Shown: positions 31,903-41,714 of the stretch, piece after piece
Position numbering within the stretch: position 1 is the first letter of the stretch
Layout: each line of letters begins with the position of its first letter
Assembly: GCF_000142905.1 (NCBI RefSeq)
Contig: NW_013657635.1
Coordinates: 62,001 to 126,000, forward strand
Direction: 5' to 3'
Length of the DNA: 64,000 bases
Origin: Thecamonas trahens ATCC 50062
Taxonomy: Eukaryota > Protista > Apusomonadida
The notes under the pieces: generated by a model
Seen by the model: only the letters and a program-made list of their open reading frames with translations
The model's database searches: none
What the model was told of the DNA's origin: nothing
Program-made: the position numbers and the translations under genes

Positions 31903-33209
31903 GGTGGGGTGTGTGGGGTGAGAGCGGTGTGCGAGAAACGGAGGAAAGAGTATGAAAACAGACGCGACAGAGGCAAAACTCGCGAGCACACAAAGGACCA
32001 GATGCATCAGCCGTCGGAACGTCACACAACCAAGCCAACCACCGATGGTCGGCACACATCCCATCGGCACACAGCCACACACGATCGGTACCGCGATGAA
32101 TGAATGGCTGGAACGGGCACCGGTGGCGCGCAACGCGCCACAGAGAAGAGACGCGCTCGTCTAGGCTCTGCCTCTCTACCTTGAGCTCCATCACCCACCC
32201 GCATACGCAGCTAGCTGCTCAACGCCCGCCCGGCTGCAGATTGAGATCAAGATCCCCTTCTTCTCGCCAAAGCCACGGTTGTGGTCTGCAAGCCAGTTCC
32301 AACTGCAGCAGCAGAACATCAGGCATCGTGTTGCCCCTCGCCCCGCCCTCCTTCCCATCTTCTCCTCCTTGCAGGCACAATCGAACAAAATTGACTATTG
32401 TCTGACATGACCAACGATGACGTGAGCGGAGCGGCCGAAAAGGCAGCATTTTGTTCGGTGGAGCCGTTCTTTCCAACCACTCGACATTGGCATTGGCCAC
32501 CAGCTCGCAGTGGCCACCACAACCTCGCCCAACGCAGCCGGCACGACTCGTCGCCGAGGTACGTAACCAGAACGAGGATTAGCAGCGGGCAGAGTGTGCG
32601 CATAGCGGAAAGTCTATGCAACCATAGAGCCCAAGGGTGATACGAGGAGCGTTCACAGAGGATCCTCCGGTGCTTCCCCCCTTCCCCCCCCCCCCCCCTT
32701 CCCGGCACCTTCCCGGTTGGTTGGTGGTGGTGCTTGGCTGGCTGCGGTTGGACGGTTTTTTGCCTGTGCCCCTTGATCGATCGGTCACCCGCAGCTCCCC
32801 TGGGCGGGGTGGCGAGTGGGGGGAGCAAATGCCAGGGGCTGGCAGCGACATGACCACGCGGTGTAGAGCATGTGCAGAACCGGGAGCGCAGATGGTATGC
32901 GCGGGAAGGATGCGGGGAAAGCAAGGCGGAAAGCGTCGTTGTCGGCGTCGCTCAGACAGCAGCGGCTTTGGCAGCGGACGGTTGAGCCGCAAAACGTTGG
33001 TGGCGAGAGAGAGGGAGGACGGGTGAAGGATGTCGCGGCAGGAGGGGGGGGGGGGGGAGGCAGATGCGGCGGACACGGCAGCGACTCACGCAGGGAGGGG
33101 TCGGTGACTGATTGCGGCAGTAGTAGTTGTGCTACGGCTGTCCCCCGGAACAAAGCCCGGCCAACGAGGGTAGGCACGGCGCATTCCGCGGCGAGAGGCA
33201 GTTGCTAGC

Positions 33210-34534
33210 ATGGCAGATGCAACGGTGAAGCTTGTGCTGGGGATGGAGGGGACGGATGAGAAGTTTGAAGTTGTGGTGGGCTCGTACGATGAGCTCTCGA
33301 GCGAGGCCAAGAAGCAGTGGCGCGAGCTGTACGGCAAGGCGCTGTCACACCGGATGGTTGTGGGCGGGAACAAAGTGACGCGCGACGACTTTGGGGCGCT
33401 CAAGCCCGGGACGCTGGTCATGCTTGAGGCCAAGGAAGAGAAAAAGTCCAAGTCCAAGTCCAAGTCCAAGTCCAAGTCGAAATCCAAGTCCAAGTCCAAG
33501 TCCAAGTTGCGCGGGTCGATGGGCTCGCGGGCGTCATCGTCTGTGGAGATTTCCGACATCGACGCAAGGGACATGAAGCTGGCCGACTTTGACATCATCA
33601 AGACGGTGGGCACGGGCACGTTTGGGCGCGTCCTGCTTGCCAACTTTTCCAAGAATGGCTCTGTCTACGCCATCAAGTGTCTCCGCAAGGCAGACATTCT
33701 GCGGCAGAAGCAGCTGCGGCACGTCAAGTCTGAGACCGAGATCCTTGCGCGGATCTCGCACCCTTTATTGTTAACATGAGGTGGTGCTTCCAGGACCTCC
33801 GCAATGTGTACATGGTGCTCGACTATGTCGTCGGCGGTGAGCTCTTTACCTACCTCGGCAACCTCGGACAGTTCACCAAGCGTATGACCGTCTTCTTTGC
33901 CGCCGAAATCGTCCTCGTCCTCGAGTACCTGCACTCACTCGGCATTGTCTACCGCGATCTCAAGCCCGAAAACGTGCTCATCGACCGCGATGGCCACATC
34001 CGCATCACCGACTTTGGTTTTGCCAAGTACCTCGACGACTCCACCTTTACCGTCTGCGGCACCGTCGACTACCTTGCGCCCGAAATCATTAAGAAGCAGG
34101 GCCACGGGTTCGGCGTCGACATTTGGGCCGTCGGCGTCCTCATCTACGAGATGCTCGCCGGCGTCCCGCCCTTTGACGACGACTGCCAGATCGCAGTCTG
34201 CACTCGAATCCTCGACGTTGACCTCGACTTTCCACCCGAGTTTGACGATGACACCATCGACATTGTCGAGGGCCTCTGCACCGAGGAGGAGGAGGATCGC
34301 CTTGGCTGTGGCCCGCGCGGCTTTGCAGAGATCAAGGAGCATCCGTTCTTTTCCACTGTCGACTGGGACGCCGCTCTCAAGCGCAAGATGATGCCACCCT
34401 TTGTCCCGGCCGTCGACGAGGAAGACGACACCTCGTGCTTCCCCGACTACGACGAGGTCGATGTCACAGCCCTCGAAGCCGAGGACTACGATGTTGACCA
34501 GGAGCTGTTCAGCGAGTTTTGCAAGCGGGAATGA
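33210..34534 (+). CDS. PKA catalytic subunit/PRKX-like AGC kinase (frameshift at 33761-33767)
   Basis: GTGTFGRV, YAIK, HPFIV (only after a -1 shift), YRDLKPEN, DFGFAK, CGT.DYLAPE, AGC tail. The N-terminus has a (KS)n tract. Confidence 0.88.
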
Positions 34535-34687
34535 CTGCCGAAAACAACACCTTGTGTCCAGTGGAGGGGGTGGGGGGGTTGGGGTTGGGGTTGGGGAGGG
34601 AGGAGGGGGGGGGGGGGGGGGGCGCCAACTCGGTTGGCTGGCTGGCTGCGGGCCGTCAGTCTGACAGCTCTCTCTCGACTCGATTGC

Positions 34688-36035
34688 ATGGCCGACGCTA
34701 CCGAGGAGGATGCCCAGCCGGGCGGAGCGGGCGAAAGCCTAGTGATAATGACCTTTAACATGCTTGCACCGTGCTACAAGCGGGTGTCGTCAGCGGCTGT
34801 GCCTGGCGGGCGTGAGTCTGGGGGCTCGGTACGTGAGGGGTGGAGGGCGTCCGTGCGCGGCCGGGCGCGGCACGGCGTGCGGGTGAGGGCAGCAGCGCAC
34901 TGGGCGATGGCAGGCGTGGTGACAGGGGGAAGGAGAGAGGAAGGGAGGAAGAGAGTGTGGGCGAGTGGGTGGCTGTATGTGTGGTGTGGTGGGTGGGTTG
35001 AGCGGGGACGACTTGGACGGCGCTCGGCGGGTGGGACGGGCAGGGGGCTGGGGCTGGAGGGCAGGCGATGGCGGGCGGTTGAGGGCGAGCGAGACTCACG
35101 CTTGTGGGGCACTGTTGGGACGGTACTGTGTGGGGCGTGGTGGGGCCGTGCGATCGATGGGGCGGCGGGGTGGCGACGGGCGGGGCGGCGGTGCGCGGGC
35201 GCAGGCGTGGCGGGCGCGGATGGAGGGTCAGCTAGAGTACATCGGCGAGGAGCTGGACGCAGTGGATGAAGCAGCGTACGCGGTCGTCTGTCTGCAGGAG
35301 GTGTGGCTGGAGTCGCCCGAGGCGATGGAGATGGTGGAGGGTTTTGCGGCTGAGCGCGGGCTGGTGACGCACGCGTGGAAGCGGCCGCGGAAGAAGAAAG
35401 ACGGCGTGGCGATCCTGGTTGATGGCCGGCTGGCCATCGACGTCGCCGACGCACTCTGCTTCAAGGATCACGGAAACCGGGTGGTCGGCGCTGTTGCCGT
35501 CACCCTCCCGCTGCCCACTCTGGTCACGGTTGTTGTCGCCAATGTCCACCTCACCTACCCGCACCACGCTGGCGATCTGCGAATGCGCGAGGCGCAGGCC
35601 AAGGCCTCCCTCGCGTGGCTGGACCAGACGTTTGGCGCAGAGGTGCCTGTTGTCTGGTGCGGCGACTTTAATGGCGAGGCCACGCAGGACGCCGTCGTCT
35701 CCACCATTGTTGACGCCGGCTTCCTCTCGGCCTACCACGCCATCCACGGCTCTGGCGAGTCTGCCGGCACCGACCTCGCCCGCCTCGACTTTGTTTCGCA
35801 TCATACCCACGCCGGCACCGATGTCGGCGTTGACTACATCTGGACCCGCGGTCCGAGCCTCGCCCCGATCTCGGCCGAGCTCCTCCCGACCCATCTGCCG
35901 TCCACGGTCTGGCCATCGACCGACGACTGGCCCCACTCGGATCATCGCCCAGTTTTGGCCATCCTCTCCGTGACGGAGACCACACAACCAGCCGCGGCAG
36001 CTGCAGTCGCGAGTGCGCCGTCTGCCGTAAAGTAG
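34688..36035 (+). CDS. Endonuclease/exonuclease/phosphatase (CCR4/nocturnin/Angel-like) protein (intron 34829-35204)
   Basis: MTFNMLAPCYKR, CLQEVW, DGVAIL, NVHL, CGDFN, VDYIW, SDHRP. Confidence 0.85.
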
Positions 36036-36427
36036 GGAATGCAGCCTCAAGCCAGCGACCGTCGCTGTCGGACACGGCATCAGGCCGCAGCCAGGACCAG
36101 CCGGGCGCAGTGCCAGGACCAGCGAGCTGAGCTATCTGAGGCGAAATCGGCCCGGGTCTTGCCTTGCCAAGTTGCCCGCCAACTCGCTGAGAACGGGTCA
36201 GATCGGGTGGGCAAGGCGGGCGGCGGGCAGCGAGGCACAGTCGACTCGCGCGGGGACGGACAGCGCGCGATGGTCAAGCGGGAATTGAAGAACGGGTAGG
36301 TGGATGGGAGGAGGAGGGGAGGGGGGGGGGGGGGGGGGGGCAACGGAGCGCACCGGGCACTGGTGCACCCGCATGCCGGTGAGCCTATGCACATGCTGAG
36401 AGCAGGGCGAGTGCCTGCGGGAGGTGC

Positions 36428-38254
36428 TTGCCCATGCCCCTGCCGCCCAGCCGCCGCCTGTGGGACATTCGTCGATGCTACAAAATTACAACCAAATGGC
36501 CGGTGGCGCGAGGTGGGGGCACGCGGCAGGGGCAGCGGGCAGCGGCGTGCGGCGGATGGCAGACGGCGGCGGTAGGGCGCAGACTAACGCGGCGCGCGGG
36601 ATGCGGTGATGGCGGCAGGACGGTGCGGATTCAGACCAAGCGGCAGCGGCTGCTGGCGCGCCCGGCCAAGTGCGCGCAGGACGTCGCAGAGGCGCAGGGT
36701 GTGCTGCGACCGGCGCAGGCGCAGGCGCGGAGAAGGGCGACGGGCAAGGCGGCAGGTAGGACTGTGAGCAAGGCCAAGGCTGATGTTCCGGCCGGAGCTG
36801 AGGCTGAGGCTGAGGCCTCGACCTCGGCCTCGGCCTCGCAGTCGCAGAGTCGCGGGCGGCGGCTTGGCAGCTCGGCCGAGGCAATCGCCGGGAGCAACGG
36901 CTCGCTCAAGGCCGTGTTTAAGGCCACCAAAGCGATGCAGATCTCGTCGGACGATGACTACGATCCGTGGGACGACAGCAATGCATTTGAGTCGGAGAAC
37001 TCGCCGGCATTGGTGCCGGCGCCTGTCGCGTCGGCGTTCAAGAAGGTCAAGGCCAAGCGCGGAAAGGGCAGCAAGAGCGCCAAGAGTGCCAAGAGTGCCA
37101 AGCGCGCCAAGAGCGCCACGAGCGCCAAGGGCGCCAAGACAAAGAGTAGCGAGGTCGTGGACCGCAACACGCGGACTGCTGATGGCCTTCTAGCCAAGGA
37201 CGCGCGGCTGGAGAGCGTGGCGTGTGCCGCATGCTCAAAGTGCTCGAGGGTCAAGGTTGGGCTTGCTTGCGCAGGATGTGGTGACTACTTTCACCTCGAG
37301 TGCCTGGGCGAGGCACGGACGGCGCGGATGGAGACTTCGCTCGACGGCAAGGGCGGCTCGCTGATGAGCTACCACTCGTCGTCGGCCGGGTACGTGGCGG
37401 CCAAGGTGCCCGCCATTCCTCAGTGGCTCTGCCTCGGGTGCCGGGCGCCAGTCTTCACGCCCATTGTGGGCATCGACGACGCAGCCGGGCGCACCGCGCA
37501 GTTCAACGAGTACGGGCTCGCCATGCTGCCGCCGAGCGCCGGACTTGGGCGCGATGTCGTGGACAAGCTCTACCGGCTTGTCCTCTCTCGGTTCGAGGAG
37601 AATATGGAGACGCTGCGGGCGCGCGACATGCTGGACATGCTGCCGACCGGCTTTACCACGTTCAAGATGCGTGCGGCCGGACGGTTTGACCTCATGCTCG
37701 ACGAGCTGACGGACCCGAGCATCTTCCCGTTGCTCACCACCGAGGCGCCGTGGCTCCCGCTTGTCCGCGAGCTGCTTGGCGACGATGCACAGTGCATCCA
37801 CACCGGATGCATGCTCTCGATGCCTGGCTCGACGACGCAGCCGTACCATTCAGACGGCGACCACGAGTCGACCAAGCGGCACCGCCCGGTCCACTGCCTC
37901 AACGTCTTCATTCCACTCGTCGACCTGACCATGGCGCGCGGGCCAACCGAGTTCATTCCCACCTCGCACCGGCTTGGCTACTACGAGGTCGACGAGCAGC
38001 CCATGTGCCTCACGCCGCCGGCCGGCTCGGTCCTCCTCTTTGACTACCGCCTCAAGCACCGCGGACGCGGCAACGAGTCGGCTGACGAGCGCCCGGTCAT
38101 CTACATCACCTACGCCCGCCCGGCCTTTGCCAAGAAGTCGGTCGCCAACGCAAACTTTTCCTCCGCCCGTTACCACAAGATGCCTGAGCTGCTGAGCACA
38201 AGCCGGTGGCGGTCGCGCGCTGACCGCGCCGCCGCCCGCCAGGCCCGATTCTGA
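36428..38254 (+). CDS. PHD-finger plus PhyH-like 2OG-Fe(II) dioxygenase (5' exon structure uncertain, possible ATG ~36270)
   Basis: CAAC...CAGCGDYFHLECL...WLCLGC PHD finger; QPYHSDG, VFIPLVD, GPTEF.P.SH, LFDYRLKHRG.GN.S..RP dioxygenase motifs. Confidence 0.8.
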   Translation: MPMPLPPSRRLWDIRRCYKITTKWPVARGGGTRQGQRAAACGGWQTAAVGRRLTRRAGCGDGGRTVRIQTKRQRLLARPAKCAQDVAEAQGVLRPAQAQARRRATGKAAGRTVSKAKADVPAGAEAEAEASTSASASQSQSRGRRLGSSAEAIAGSNGSLKAVFKATKAMQISSDDDYDPWDDSNAFESENSPALVPAPVASAFKKVKAKRGKGSKSAKSAKSAKRAKSATSAKGAKTKSSEVVDRNTRTADGLLAKDARLESVACAACSKCSRVKVGLACAGCGDYFHLECLGEARTARMETSLDGKGGSLMSYHSSSAGYVAAKVPAIPQWLCLGCRAPVFTPIVGIDDAAGRTAQFNEYGLAMLPPSAGLGRDVVDKLYRLVLSRFEENMETLRARDMLDMLPTGFTTFKMRAAGRFDLMLDELTDPSIFPLLTTEAPWLPLVRELLGDDAQCIHTGCMLSMPGSTTQPYHSDGDHESTKRHRPVHCLNVFIPLVDLTMARGPTEFIPTSHRLGYYEVDEQPMCLTPPAGSVLLFDYRLKHRGRGNESADERPVIYITYARPAFAKKSVANANFSSARYHKMPELLSTSRWRSRADRAAARQARF

Positions 38255-38312
38255 TCGACGATGGTGGTAAACACAGCTTGTAACTAAACTACCTGCTCCG
38301 TCGGGGGACTAT

Positions 38313-39548
38313 TCATTCCACAGGCTCAACTGCACACGCTCCACGCTCTGTCTTCGCCTCGGCCTCGGCCTCGGCATCCAGGACGCCGACCAAGGCCTCG
38401 AGCAGAGTGAATGAGGTGTACCAGTGCGAGGCGTAGTCCATGTCGTACCACCAGTTGAGGGCAATCATGAGGCCAGTAGTCGGGTCCGGCTCCTGGGCAA
38501 CCTGGTGGAACCAGAGCGACGGCAGATAGAGGACGTCACCGGCTTCGAGAGTGACGTGAAGCGGGGCGATGTGCGCAGCGCGCGGAAAGGCAGTGAGGTC
38601 GAGCGCGTCCGGGTCGAGCGCGATCCAGGTCGTCGAGGGCACGCCCGGCTCGGGCACCAGGCGCCAGGTGCCATTGACGCCGGTCGACACGTAGCGGGCC
38701 GCCGGGTAGTCGGCCTGGTGCAAGAACGGGGCGTCGGTGGGAGGGAGAAGGGTGAAGTGCTTGCGCCCGGCTACAACGAGGTACAGGTTCTCGTAGTGGT
38801 CCTTGTGTAGCGAGGTCACCGACCGGGCGCCACCCATCCACACGTTGACGGCATCGGGCGCGCCGCCAGTGCCTGGGAAGAGCGCCGCGCCGACCGGTGG
38901 CGCGGCGGCAACGTCTGCGTGCAGCGGCGCAAACTCCGAAGTAAAGTTAGAGTTCTGGTTCTGCAGGTACAGCACCTCGGCGCCGCCGGTAAAGTCGACG
39001 TCGATGGGACGGCCGGTGGCGAGGGTGGCGGCGGTGGTGGAACGATCGAGCGGGGCGCAAAGGGCTCCGGTACCGCCCTCGGCCTCAGTGGCACGCAGGG
39101 CGGCGAGAAAGGCCGCAAAGGTCATGGTCCGCTCCTCGGGCATGACAAAGGCTGCGCCGCCAAGCACCGCGTCGGCCCGCCCGGTCGGCGTGGCGTCGAC
39201 CGTCAGTGCCGCATCGCCCAAAGCCGCATCCAGGTACTCGGGCGTCCACTTTGCTAGGCCGTCGCCCCATCCGGCTCCGCCTGCGCCGCGCAGTACACAC
39301 GGCGTGTGCGTCGCCACGTGCGGCGCGAGCGCACGCGCCGCCGCCGCCGCAGGCTCGGCTGCCGCCGACACGTCGGCCTCGGCCACCGCCCGTGGCAGCC
39401 ACAGCGCACGCGCCTCGTTGGCATGGGCCACGGCGGCAGCAAGCAGCATTAGTCTGTGTGTGGGTTGGGGGGGGGGGGGGTAAGGGGGGTGAGGGTGGGT
39501 GGGGGGGGGGGGGGGGAGGAGGGGAGGGGAAGGGAGGATGCGCTCCAT
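38313..39548 (-). CDS. JMJD7: JmjC-domain hydroxylase JMJD7-like (start uncertain)
   Basis: TPTGRADA, YLQNQNSN, WMGGARSVTSLHKDHYENLY, GDVLYLPSLWFHQV, ALNWWYDM. Confidence 0.88.
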   Translation of the reverse strand: MERILPSPPLLPPPPPTHPHPPYPPPPQPTHRLMLLAAAVAHANEARALWLPRAVAEADVSAAAEPAAAAARALAPHVATHTPCVLRGAGGAGWGDGLAKWTPEYLDAALGDAALTVDATPTGRADAVLGGAAFVMPEERTMTFAAFLAALRATEAEGGTGALCAPLDRSTTAATLATGRPIDVDFTGGAEVLYLQNQNSNFTSEFAPLHADVAAAPPVGAALFPGTGGAPDAVNVWMGGARSVTSLHKDHYENLYLVVAGRKHFTLLPPTDAPFLHQADYPAARYVSTGVNGTWRLVPEPGVPSTTWIALDPDALDLTAFPRAAHIAPLHVTLEAGDVLYLPSLWFHQVAQEPDPTTGLMIALNWWYDMDYASHWYTSFTLLEALVGVLDAEAEAEAKTERGACAVEPVE

Positions 39549-39692
39549 GGCACACACACACACAAGGCGATGCCACCTCCGCAGGCGACGACACTCGGAT
39601 CCTTCAATTCCACAGTCCGTGACATGGCGCGCAATCTCTCTACCGCGCACACGCATACGCACCGCACTGTGCGTGGCACAGACGGGGGCCAA

Positions 39693-41162
39693 TCACGATC
39701 GCCCAAGGAGGGAAACGTCGAGCGGAGTCGGGGCGGGGGGGACAGACAACGCGGGCGCATACACCACGTGGATAGTCTGGCACTCGGCATGGGTGTCCTC
39801 GGCGAGGGTAAAGTACCAGCTGCCGGTCGATGCGCCGCCTTTGCCGGCAACAATGCCTTGGACTTGCAGCTTGTCGATGATGACTCGCGGCGGGACGGCA
39901 ACTGTGAGGGCCGAGGAGGCGGCGATGCCGCGGAGGACGACGGGGAGCGAGACTCGCTTGCTTGCCTGTCGCGCCATCCAGGCCTCGACCCGGGCAAAGA
40001 GAGCAAGAATAAGGCGTGCAAACGGGGCCGACGGCGGCAACATGGCAGGATTGTCGGTCGAGGGATTTCCCGAGCCCAGCGCGGTGAGCGCCGAAGACCG
40101 CACCAGCGGTAGCATAGAGGAGCCCGGCGAGTTTGCCAGCGAGCCGCACTGCTCGCAAAAGTCAACGACACCAGCGTGAACCATCTGCAGCGCCAGATAC
40201 TCGGGCGGAAAGAGCGACGGGATCTGGACCCGCATCATCGGCTCGAGTGCGTTGCAAAGCGCCTCATAGCTCTTGGGTAGCGACGCCCGCTGGTGCACCA
40301 TCATATTCGAGAGCCAGATCTTGGCCCGGTTCATCGCCACCTTGAACGCGTTGGTCGGCGGCGGCGCAGCGTCGGTCGCCTCGCCTACAGTCACCAGCTC
40401 ACTGAGCACCTGCGTCAGCTCGCGCCACCCGCCGTTGCCGTCGCGGAGCCAGTCGACTGCGTCGGGCGCAAACGAGTCGAGCGAGGCCGAGAGTACCGCT
40501 GCCACCACATCAGCCGTCAGGCGGCTTGGTAGCGGAATCTGCTTCCGCGGCGACGCCCGTGTCGCCCGCGTCTTGGACTCGGCCTGCCGCGACCGCAGAT
40601 ACGCCGCAGACTGCGAGCTGCGCCGCGCCGCCGTCGCCGGCGGCACCGCGCCAACCGTCACCCGCGCCCCGAGCGAGCTCAGCGCCGTCGTCACCGCTGT
40701 ACCGCCCGGCACAAGCTCCGGGGCCGGCGAGAAGAGCCCGATGCCCGGCGAGCCCGCATCGGCAAAGACCGTCGATGCAACAAGGGCGCACATGGCGAGG
40801 CTTGCCGCTGCGGCGCTGCCCGGCGGTGCGTCGAGCGGCACCCCACCGACGCCGACGTAAGCCACGGCGTGCCCGCGTGCCGTGCGCTGGCTCGGATTCA
40901 GGCGCAGAGCCGCCGGGCAGCACGGGCACTGCACCTGCATCGCCGCAGGCTGTCCGCGCATCAGCACCACGCCCAGCTCGCGTCCGGACTTTGCCGCCAG
41001 CAGCCAGGCGATGACCGCCGCCGCCACCTCGGGCGACTGCGGCTCTGTTGCGAGGTCGAAGACCAGCACGTTCTTGGGCGGTCGCGGTCCAGCAAGCTTC
41101 TGCCGCAGCTGCGCGAGGCCGTCGACCACTGGGCCGCTGTAGGGAGCGCTCTGGGTGGCCAT
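39693..41162 (-). CDS. Unknown protein; possible degenerate PIN/NYN-like N-terminal domain plus duplicated helical domain
   Basis: Long GC-rich ORF, probably starting at MATQSAPY. Spacing is weakly PIN-like but the acidic residues are missing. Confidence 0.55.
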   Translation of the reverse strand: MATQSAPYSGPVVDGLAQLRQKLAGPRPPKNVLVFDLATEPQSPEVAAAVIAWLLAAKSGRELGVVLMRGQPAAMQVQCPCCPAALRLNPSQRTARGHAVAYVGVGGVPLDAPPGSAAAASLAMCALVASTVFADAGSPGIGLFSPAPELVPGGTAVTTALSSLGARVTVGAVPPATAARRSSQSAAYLRSRQAESKTRATRASPRKQIPLPSRLTADVVAAVLSASLDSFAPDAVDWLRDGNGGWRELTQVLSELVTVGEATDAAPPPTNAFKVAMNRAKIWLSNMMVHQRASLPKSYEALCNALEPMMRVQIPSLFPPEYLALQMVHAGVVDFCEQCGSLANSPGSSMLPLVRSSALTALGSGNPSTDNPAMLPPSAPFARLILALFARVEAWMARQASKRVSLPVVLRGIAASSALTVAVPPRVIIDKLQVQGIVAGKGGASTGSWYFTLAEDTHAECQTIHVVYAPALSVPPAPTPLDVSLLGRS

Positions 41163-41269
41163 GTAAGAGGTGTGGCCGGTGGAAGTTTCCACCAATGTCC
41201 ACCATTGCCAACGGCGCAAGTCAGCGGCCTTGTCGGTTGACAGCAAAGGCGGGTCCTTTGCCGTGACGA

Positions 41270-41465
41270 ATGTCAATTTTTTTGTGTGGTATAAATATTT
41301 TCGCGATAGTGCGGGCAATGTGATTCTTTGTATAAACATATATATTTCGTACGATTATTATATATATATTTTTACTATTGTACAAGAACATTGTATATTA
41401 TTGTTTGTTATCTATATTTTCATATAAAAATCCCAACACATTAAAGTTTTAGCTTTTACTGTACT
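41270..41465. other. AT-rich island between divergent genes
   Basis: Runs such as TATATATTT and ATTATTATATATATATTTT in an otherwise GC-rich window. Confidence 0.9.
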
Positions 41466-41714
41466 CTTGCCTGGCCTCCTCCACACACAGCCTCATTCAT
41501 GCCCCTGTACCTACAAAACTGCCTGCTATATGTAGCTCGTGTTGTACGCTCTCGGAACGTGTTTTCTAATCTGCTCTAGCCTCGGTATATCGCGTACCAT
41601 CGATCGAAACACATCCCTGTCCGAGCCGCTAACTTGGCGGCTGCCGGCCGCAAGACCTCATTGCCGCGCTCAAAGCCCGACAGGAGCTATACCTCACGCC
41701 AGCGAGCCGTCTAC

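Noticed and set aside
32000-33200. Small ORFs or an ncRNA between UXS1 and the kinase
   Set aside because: No recognisable motifs, codon bias or tRNA/snRNA structure were found.
41163-41339. AT-rich N-terminal extension of ORF 39693-41339
   Set aside because: Its composition differs sharply from coding DNA in this window; the downstream ATG is more plausible.
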